The notes below the pieces were generated by a model. That model was not told the DNA's origin. It saw only the letters and a program-made list of their open reading frames with translations, and did not search any database. From assembly GCA_051294375.1 (NCBI GenBank), contig CM119264.1:18487812-18551811 (forward strand): 64,000 nt of DNA, written 5' to 3'. Below are positions 54,631-64,000 of the stretch, piece after piece (positions within the stretch are counted from its first letter, which is position 1; every line of letters begins with the position of its first letter). Made by a program: the position numbers and the translations under genes. The stretch is from Paraspadella gotoi. Taxonomy: Eukaryota; Animalia; Chaetognatha.

Positions 54631-55600
54631 TTTCCATGCCCTCGACATCTGAAGATCCGTCCACGTCGGGGGGAATAAAAGAGTCGCGTCCACTGAGGGC
54701 GTGCCTCAAGCGGAGGGTGGAATCCCCCGTCGAAGAAGGTCGGTTGACGCTTCACGAATAGATTATTTATACATTTTTTTTCATTTTTAAATTTTGACAT
54801 TTGTTTTCGTCATCAGGTTCGACGGCGAAGAAAAAGCGACGCATCAACTTTTCCGGCGTCACGGTTTATTATTTTCGTCGAAAACAGGGATTCACGTGCG
54901 TCCCGAGTCAGGGTGGATCCACTTTGGGTGAGTAGAGGAGATATCATCACAAGAACCATCACGTCTGATTGCTTGAGAATACGTAGAGTTCTTTAATGGC
55001 AAACCAGTGGTTTTATCTTTTCTTATTAATCGACCAGGAATGTCTAAGCGACACGTTGAGAAGGAGAGCTTCGACGTCCAAGAATACTTGGAGCTTCAGC
55101 GATCCATCCACAAGCAAATCTTGTTGGAGCAAAAGATGCAAGCGAGATTGGCGGCGCAGCAAAGGCGCCAGGAGAAAATGGCGGCCAAGCAGAGACGGGC
55201 CATCGTAAATGGACAAAACTGGTGAGTCCGTCGACAACAACAACAACAACGAACAACGAACAACGAACAACGAACAACGAACAACGAACAACGAACAAAA
55301 TCTCTCTGACCAACTATCCCAATCCTTTCAGCGCCGAGAGCGGAGACTCCGAGTCCGACCTCTCGTCCTCCGACCAATTCTCCGACGACGATTGGGACGA
55401 CGAGGATCTCGACGTGGACGCCTACTACTTCCTGCAACCGGTTCCGGCGCGCCAACGTCGCTACCTCCTCCGCCGGTCCGGCATCCGGAAGATCGATCCA
55501 GTCGAGAAGCTCAAATGCCGAGAAATCCGACAGAGTCGAGAAGTCTGCGGATGCGACTGCAAGGGAGTCTGCAATCCCGAGACTTGCATCTGCGCGCAGA
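54631..55600 (+). CDS. CSRNP: CSRNP conserved domain exons: 54631-54738, 54817-54927, 55038-55221, 55332-55600
   Basis: Phase-consistent splicing gives PLRACLKRR...[39 protein letters not shown]...[58 protein letters not shown], the hallmark CSRNP_N motifs. Confidence 0.95.
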
Positions 55601-55828
55601 GTAAGTTGGCGGGCGGATGGGTTAGGCGTTTATGAAAAAGACTGACTGACTGGATGAATGTAAATATGAAAACTTAAAGAAAACCAAAAAAGTTTAACTT
55701 GTTCTTTTTCTTTTAAAGTTCACCATTCTGAAATCATTATCGAAAGTAATAACAAAATCATTTCATTTTCTATTTAATTTCTATTGGTAGCCATTGTGTT
55801 AATCCTTTCGGCTTCGTTGAGTATAGAG

Positions 55829-55914
55829 ATTTAACAAAGTTTGGAAATGTTTTCGTCAACGATTTTTTATTAATAAAAAATCGTTGACGAAAACATTTCC
55901 AAACTTTGTTAAAT
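55829..55914. repeat. Perfect 86-bp palindrome (43-bp arms, no spacer) in the last CSRNP intron
   Basis: atttaacaaagtttggaaatgttttcgtcaacgattttttatt | aataaaaaatcgttgacgaaaacatttccaaactttgttaaat. Confidence 0.95.
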
Positions 55915-55984
55915 TAAATATTTAATTTCTATATAATATATACATATCATGATCAATTTATTTTAATTATCCCCTATCCCCCAG

Positions 55985-58566
55985 ATCACATAAAATGCCA
56001 GGTGGACCGAATGTCGTTCCCCTGCGGCTGCACGAAGGACGGATGCGGCAACGTCAACGGTCGCATTGAGTTCAACCCGGTCCGCGTTCGCACCCACTTC
56101 ATCCACACTCTCATGAGGATGGAGCTGGAGCAGAAGCGGCAGCACCACGCGGCCCTCGCCGCCGCCAACATGGCCGCCGCCGCCGTTGAGGCCGCTGCCG
56201 CCGCTGCCGCCGCTACTTCAGTCTCTCAGCATCAACGGGGCATAGGTGGCGTGGGCGCCGGCGCGGGAGGCTACGTGGTCGGTGGAACCGGCGCCGCCCA
56301 TTCCATGGTGCCGCATCATCAACCGGGGCTGGCCTCCATCAACCCTCTGCCGAGAAAGACGGTTACTTTCGCCGACGACGTTGTCGACAAATCCATGGAA
56401 AATGTGGTCGGAGGCGGAAGCGGCGCCGCTGCCGCCAACTCGCTCGTCGACGGCACCGGCCTCTCCTTGTCTTACTCCAACTCGCACCATCCTTTTCCTC
56501 ACCTCCACCAACAGCAGCAAATGTTGGCAGCGAATCACTCGGCAGCGGCGTTGAACCACTCTTACGCGAGACTCCACTCTTCGGCAAAACCTTTCATCGA
56601 ACCGGCCCACCACCATTACAACGCGTTCGCCAATAACGGCGCCGGCTACCACCACCCGGGTTCCTCGACGCCGCTCATCTATCCGCCGACTCACGCGGCG
56701 CGCTTTGACGCCCCGGCAATGAGCCTGATAGGCGCGCCGCCTGATGTTAGCAGCGCCCACATTGGGTTTTCCGATACGCCCACAAATCTCAGCACGACGC
56801 CGCACCATCCCAACGCCGCTGCCTCCTCAATGGTTCCGGGACTTTCGGAGTGCGGCGCCGATGGAGCCACGCCCTTCGCCGCGCATTCCATGACGTTCGC
56901 CGACTCGGAGGCTTCGGAGCTCAACCTCGCGACGCTCTCTGCCAACGAGTTGACTTCCTCTTTCGATACGTTCGACAAGAGGATCCTAGATCGAGACGAC
57001 AATGTCTCCTCCCATCACCTTCATCACCATCACCTTCACCATCAACACCACCAGCAACGACAACAGCTTCACCTCCATCATCAACAACAGCAGCTTTCGC
57101 ATCAACAGCCACCACTTCACCAGCAAGAACACGATCTTCGCCTCCAACATCACACGCTTCATCGCGATCTCTCTCAAGAGGGGAACGATTCTTTCGCTAA
57201 CGAAGATCTTCGTCGGGTCGCATCCAGAGGGCGGATCGAAGAGGAAGACGCGTTCGGTTCGCGGGCGTCGACTTTGGACGCGGGCGGACGATTTGAGGAC
57301 TCTGAAAACGACGACGTCGTCGTCGGAGTCGCCGACGCGACGACGCAGCGCGCCAACGACGACGAGGCGACGGCGACGACCGATGGCGCTCTCGACTACA
57401 GATCCGGGGTCAGGATCGACGAGCATCAATCTACCCAAGACCTAGGGGACGACGGCTTCAGACTCGCGCCCATCGCCGGCCTTTTCGACCGAACAACGCG
57501 GGACCCGAGGACGACGACGACGACGACGACCTCGTCGATAGAATCTAGTCAAACTCCTTCGACGCCACCGACGACGAACTGCTCGAGCCATCCTGAACAA
57601 ACTCTTTCCTCGCCATCGTCGATATCTGCCTCCCTCGATTCCTCTTCAACTTTCTCGTCCAGCGCGGACGCCGCTAACGCGACGATCGACTCCGCTTCGA
57701 TATCTTCGTCGCCCTCATCCTCGGCCGTGTTCTCCACCACGATATCCGCCCGATGTACCGACCAAGCTGCGGCCACCCCGACCGACATGAAAGATCCGAC
57801 TTCTGATCAACCCGACCCTCGATCGAATCAGTTGGAAGATTTCGTCGACGAAGATTTCGACGTCGGCGAAGCGAAAGAGGATTTTGGGGGAGAATCGCAG
57901 ACCGAGGGATTCTCAGAGTCGGCGAAGCTAGAATTTGCCGAGGAACCCGATGAAGCCGAAAGTCACTCGAAATCTACGCACGAAGCTCAGACCGAAATCC
58001 GACGAAGCGCTCAGCCCGACGCCGGGTCGGACTCTCACTCAGACGCAATCCACGACGCCGGATCCGAAAACCTGCGACTCAGTTTCGCCGTCGGCTCCTC
58101 CGCGACCAACGACGACGGGGACATTGACGAAGACGCCGTCCTTTTGCCCGACCCCGGATTCCCCGGTTCTCCGAGAATGTCGCCGCCGACGGCCGGCTTG
58201 AACGGCGCTTCCAGCGTCGAGTCCGATTCCGGCTTCCGATCGGCGGACGGAAGCGACACCGACGACTCCGACGTGGGGTCGCCCGATTTGGGCGTCGTCG
58301 TTGGAGGCGCGAAGGACGTCGAATCCGGCGACAAGGGAGACGACGAAACGGGAGAGATTCGAGTCGCAGACGGCGACGACTTGCAGTCATCGTTTCGCGA
58401 CAACAAGGGCGACGACGCCGGCGCCGCTTCGGATCCAAGCTGCCGAGAAGAGGACGCCGGAAATGGTCGCGTCGCAGGATGCGCGTCAAAAGCGACGTCG
58501 ACACCGTTGGAGGCTTCGTTCGGCGAGATCATTAAAAAGTCCATCGTTGAGGCGGCGTCGGCTTGA
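55985..58566 (+). CDS. CSRNP: CSRNP terminal exon: end of the Cys-rich domain plus ~800-aa low-complexity tail
   Basis: Acceptor CCAG at 55984, in phase with the 55600 donor: [49 protein letters not shown]. Open to TGA at 58564-66. Confidence 0.95.
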
Positions 58567-61500
58567 GATGGATTCCCGCGTTGCCAAAGTTCGAGTTTCA
58601 GCGTTAGAGGCGCCAACGTTTTCGCTCGAGACAAAAGAGCAAAGCTCTGATTGATGGCGGAAAGCTAAATCGAACCAGATTTAATTTCCATTTTTGTTAA
58701 TGTTTATTCATCCATTGTCGGAAATTGCCGATTTAGAAAAAGGTAATTTGAGGTTTTGAAGATGAATTTCATTCGAGAATCTAGTCATTATATCTTCTAT
58801 TTTCCTGATCGAGGCATAAAACAGAATTTCCATTGACTGATTGTTGATTATATTTCATCCTGTTGTTCAACGAATCGCATGGTTCACTACATCCTTATAC
58901 TCCAAAAAATTACGTTGTTTCTTACAAAGATATTAAAAAGAAATATATTGATTCATTGAGATTGTTACACCCTAGGCGTTGAAGATTTACTTCGCTCAAA
59001 AAAATGTACATAAATTACTTAGGCTTTTTGAAGTGATTTTGCAATGAACATTTCGTGTTATTTATATACGTAGAACGGGTTTTTTAGAATCTGAGAAAAA
59101 AACTATTCTTACTTTTTCATTTTCTAGATTTCGACCAGAGTTATTACAATGAAGTGGTGCATGCTAAAAGATTTACGGGAACGACTAGGATTTTTTTTAC
59201 AATTTTGATACAAAGTTTAAATTTGTTTTTTCTTAGTAGAGATTTTTACGAAATTCAATTTGAACCATATTGTATTTTTCAGTTGCCTTTTTTTCCCAGT
59301 ATATGCCGAGAAGAGTCGTTTAGATGAACGAGCTCCTTTATTTTATTACGCTGCATGCTGTAGTTGGTAGGTATTCTTTACTCTAAATAAGTTACGTTTG
59401 TTGCCAATATTGTAGAAATTGTGTCAAAATGTTACTTTTTTCAGACTTAATATTGAAAAGAAGAGAGTATTGTTTATATTTTTATCGCAATCTTGTCGGG
59501 TCTAATCACGCCGCAACATATTTCCCCGCCCCCCCCCTGGTTTGAAATCTACAATCGTAACTTCTTAAAGAGTGCATGCCATAAATTATTATATACATTC
59601 TCACGGACAGTTAATAAAATCTTTCGCGCCAAAAAAGCTAAAATGAAGAAAAGTAAGCAATAGGACGACTACTAACAAAATCACTTTGGAGGATTAATGA
59701 CAAAAGGCCCCCAAGTGTTGGTTATCTGATTCCATAATGCATCAAATTGTTTTCATCGAAATTGATCTTTGGTAGAAATTTTACTTATTAGGTTTTAAAC
59801 CTAGACTAACTTTTTGTCAGATAACGTTCACATGGTTTTCTTCACGAGATATCGATAATTCTTAAAGAGATTCGTTCATGAATGACATTATTTATCATTT
59901 AACCATACCCGTGAAAAATATTATTGTCCTTTTCTTCTTAGCATATCTCATCCTTTTTTTTTAGTCAAGTGCGTATCGTATGTTACATTGTCTGTCATAA
60001 AAGTTGATAATCTATAAAAGAGAGCTTTTATCAAACATTAGTTGATAGCTAGTCATAAATGTATTAGAATACTGTTCCTAATAGCTCATGATTCTAACGT
60101 AAGAAATGAGTGATTAAGTTGAACTGCTGGTTTTAAACTTTTATCGAAGATAACCGTGCCAGTTTTAAAAGAGTGGAAAAGCTAACAAATTTAAACTAAA
60201 TACGTTGGAAGTTCTTTTGGCGATGTAGTGAGTTTCTCGAGGTCTTGGTCTCGGCGAAACAATTCATCAGCGTTCTGTCCGCTTTTTATTGGTTATGAAC
60301 AATCTAACTGAAAACGGAAAGGAAGTTCCAGCTCGAAAACTAAACTGAGCATTTTTTAGAAAAGTACACTTTTCATATATTTTCTTTTAGATCTGAGAAT
60401 GCTCTTTTCTTTTACATCAGTATGTAAAATTAGTTTAAGAAGAAGTCGCTTTGTCGCTAGTCATCGAAAATAATCTCGTATTAACAAATGCTATAATAAA
60501 GATGTAGTCCTCAACTTTATTTTAGATTTTATGAAATTTTATCAAGTTTTTATAAAATTTGGCTCCTTATTATACAAACAGACTTTAGGAATACCAATTG
60601 GACTAGATTCATGTCAAGATATTGCCAAATTTTGAATTATTTTGAATTTGTCAAATAATAATTAAGGAATCACAAGACAATTTTAAAATTGCTCAAGATA
60701 TATTGCGGATCTTTTTACAGGAATTAAAATTTGACAAGTACGGTAGAACCCTTTTAAACAAGGTAGTATAATTTTCAATAAAACAAATAAGTACATCTAT
60801 TAGGCTCAGAGAGGGAAATTATTTTTAGATAAATATTTTCCTTTTGTTAATCTTGATTTTAAAAAAACAAACTGGAATAATTAAAAGGTTTTGGTGATGC
60901 TATTTTGTCTTTACAACCGGTATACCGGTAGTAGTTTATGTTTGAGCTTGTTTACGGAATAAAAGTTCGTTAGTTAGATCTGACGGATTTTTCAAAAAAG
61001 AAAGGTCGTTAAATAGATGGATGTTATTGTTACTAAGCGAGTGCTACAAGCATTCCGGCACTTTTATCCTTACTGTCTTTGCTGTAATAAAGTAGGCGGG
61101 AAAAAGAAAGAAAGAAAGAAAGAAAAAGAAAGATATCAAGAAAGAAACAAACAAACAGTAATTGGAAAGAATAAAAAAAATTGAAAAAGGCAAAGGAAAG
61201 AAAAAAAAATCAAGGTAAGGTCCAAAAGTTTGACCTTCAGGAAGAAATTCTTCGACGCCTCAACCGGCTGCCTTTCCTCCGTTGCCGGCTCGAAGCCTCC
61301 TTTCGGCCGACGCCGCCTCTGCAACCACAAATGCTATCAAAGAATCAACTGGTGACTAGAGAAACGAACAAAGAGACACTTTCATAAACGTTGTTAGGGT
61401 TGCGATGACGTCTATACCTTCTCTCGTCTGCCTCCGTTCATCTGCGATTCACCAACTCATATTTACGGACTTTTTCATAGACATTTATATTTGGTTGTCT

Positions 61501-62193
61501 TAGTTTTAAGTTTACATTATAATATGTGTCGTCTCAGAAACCGCGATGGCTGATGCGAGCAAAGTACAGTACCCTAGATGCAAACAGAGATCGCTCGAGA
61601 AATTGCGTTTCTAATCGGCGGCTGCGGAAAACGAAAAAAGACGATTACTGCCAGAGTTTTAGAGAAAAAAAATTAGCACGGATTTTACAGTTTTTTTAAA
61701 TCTGCTGTTTTAATTGATAATCGACAAGGTCGACATTTGGATTGGATTTGAAATTTTTTTATATTGTTTTAAAGATAGAAATTTATGTATCGTTTCTTAA
61801 TATTCGAAAAATTCATACCGATGTTATCAGCATCGCCTTATTTAGTCCGAGGTCAATTTCGAGTCCATCTTTTTACCATCCAAGTTGTCATAACGATCAC
61901 GACTCTCCTCTGTTTTTTTTTTTTGTTTTTTTTGTCTAATTCATTTCATCTTTCTCTTCATTTTCTTTCTCGTTTTCGGTGACGAGATTCTCTCTGCAGA
62001 ATGAGGATCGGTCATCGAGAGACGAGACCTTTTCATCTGAGAGGGAAAAAAAAGTCGACAAATAGAAAAAAAAATGACTAACTGGAAATATAGCGAAGAA
62101 AAAAAAAAGTCGGGAAGGCGAAACCGATGCGACATTTTCTTCCATTTTCAAAAAAAAAATTAAATAATTAAACAATTTGAAACTACAGAGGCA

Positions 62194-63867
62194 ATGGCTC
62201 CCAGGGTTCGCGTCGCTAAACGGAATCATGGAAGCGAAAACGACCAAGATTATAAGTTTAGCGTCGACATAACGGCGTCTCAATCGGAAACCTTCGTTAA
62301 CAACGACGATAACGATGGAATCCTTTTGACGATGAGTGGAATATTCGCAACGCCGGCATCAAATCAAATCGTGCCTGTAGTCGAATCTAAAACCGGAGTA
62401 AGGAAGGAAGATTCTTTAGGAAGACGCCGCCCTATTCTCCGCAACGACGGCTTCGATAAAAAACTCACCAATTATCTTAATCGGGCCCTCACCCTCGCCT
62501 TTTCCTTTCCTTCCGGCAACCCTCTACATCGTTCGCCTCTTCTGTCTACCCCGCTCCTCCTTCCCACCCTTCTCCTTCTTCTCCTCCCTTCCTCCATCGC
62601 CGAGACCTGCGTTGTCGGGTGCCAGTGCCGCCAACTCCGAGGCGGCTTCTACGTCGATTGCACCCGCGCGTCCCTGACGCAGGTGCCGGAACGCGTGGAC
62701 GAGAGCGTGGTCGGCAGTTTCTACCGGAAGCGTCCCGGCGACTGTCCCGGCAACGACATGTGGAGCCTCTACGGAAGTCACGTGACGGAAGACGAGTGCC
62801 GCCAACGATGCGACGCCAACGAAGAGTGTCAAGGTTACGCCATGAACACCAAGGGCGCCTGCTACCCGAAGACGGCTTCGTGCGAGGAACCCAGAGCGGA
62901 CGAGACTACCAAAGGATATTATTTTTACGACAGGCGAGTCTAATAATATGGCTTAGCTTTTGATTACATTTATTTAGTGCATTATCCATCATCATCTGTT
63001 TTTACAAACTTTTTATTAAACTGCCTGGAACCCTAAATTAGTAATATTAGTAATATTAGTAATACAAAACTTTTGAAACATAAAATGTTAATTTTATTAT
63101 ACTCGTGTAAAACCAGGTCGGATATTCCCGCAAGCGTCAAGTTCTTCGTCCTAAACTACAATAAAATCACTATGCTGCAGAGGGAGGCTTTCAAAGGTCT
63201 GTCGCAATTGGTGGAGATCAACATGCATTCCAACTCGATTCAGGTTCTTTCTTTCTTAATCATAGAAATGGATGTTGTGATTGGTCCATGACATTAAATG
63301 CATATGAAAATTTAAATGAAAATCAAATTAAACTTTAATCACCCTGAGAATCCTCTCTTTTCTCTTCCAGGTTCTCCCGTCCGACGGCCTGCTCGGCCTC
63401 TCCTCCCTCCGCACGCTCCGCCTCACATCCAACAAGATCGGCGTCATTTCTGTCGGCGCATTCCGCGGCGCTCCGCACCTGCAGACTCTGCACCTGGAGG
63501 GCAACGTCCTCAAGGCGCTGGACGGGGATGACTTTGACGACCTTTTCGACCTCATGGAGCTCTTCCTCCAAAACAACCGGATCGAAGAGGCGTCGGCCGA
63601 GGCTTTCGCCGACCTCACTTCCCTCAAGACCCTCGACCTGTCGGGCAATCGTCTCGTCGCCCTCCCGCACGGCATCTTCGCCAACCTCCGCGTCCTCCGT
63701 AAGCTCGACCTCTCCACCAACCGGCTCCGCACCGTCGGCGCCGGCGCCTTCCTCGGCCTCGACGCAGTGGAGACGCTGAGTCTCAAGGACAACCGACTCT
63801 ACAACGTCAGCGTGGAGGAGGTTAAAAGGATGAAGAAGATCGAAGTCTTCGAGTTTATGGGGAACAG
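62194..63867 (+). CDS. Extracellular leucine-rich-repeat protein, partial: exons 62194(start uncertain)-62933, 63117-63243, 63371-63867; gene continues beyond the window
   Basis: Hydrophobic PLLLPTLLLLLLPSSIA; LRRNT CVVGCQC...VDCTRASLTQVP; Cys module DCPGNDM...ECRQRCDANEECQGY...CYPK; then DIPASVKFFVLNYNKI and ~8 typical 24-aa LRRs (e.g. LTSLKTLDLSGNRLVALPHGIFANLRVLRKLDLSTNRL). Confidence 0.9.
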
Positions 63868-63887
63868 GTCTGTAAGGAAAAGAAGAA

Positions 63888-63988
<101 letters not shown>

Positions 63989-64000
63989 CCGCAAAAGCAA

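Noticed and set aside
56218-58654. Antisense and alternative-frame ORFs over the CSRNP last exon (also 63328-64000 over the LRR exon)
   Set aside because: Shadow ORFs caused by GC-rich codon usage of the real gene.
60916-60929. 14-bp palindrome ACCGGTATACCGGT
   Set aside because: Short enough to be expected by chance in 64 kb.

Overview
Eukaryotic DNA, most likely an invertebrate animal: AT-rich introns and intergenic DNA, CpG/GAC-rich exons, short GT-AG introns, abundant (GA/CT)n microsatellites. The assembly is a rough draft, with many N gaps, indel-noisy stretches and near-identical adjacent duplicates. Hand translation supports four protein genes. (1) An intronless, frameshift-riddled cytochrome P450 (minus, ~2528-3904). 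(2) A ~15-exon minus-strand gene (~4548-10872) for an uncharacterised single-pass membrane protein with a coiled coil and a C-terminal domain carrying a DGGSDLFDGGN motif. (3) A CSRNP/Axud1 transcription factor (plus, ~52434-58566) with very long low-complexity extensions. (4) The 5' part of an extracellular LRR protein (plus, 62194 to window end) with a PAN/apple-like module inserted inside its LRR N-cap and a GC-AG intron. Also present: a hAT-type non-autonomous element seen as both filled and empty site, a Tc1/mariner-type MITE, a perfect 86-bp intronic palindrome, a multi-hairpin GC-rich intronic island, and CCAAT boxes spaced exactly 31 bp apart at two separate loci. No rRNA, tRNA or CRISPR array was recognised. 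All family assignments come from remembered motifs; no database search was run.
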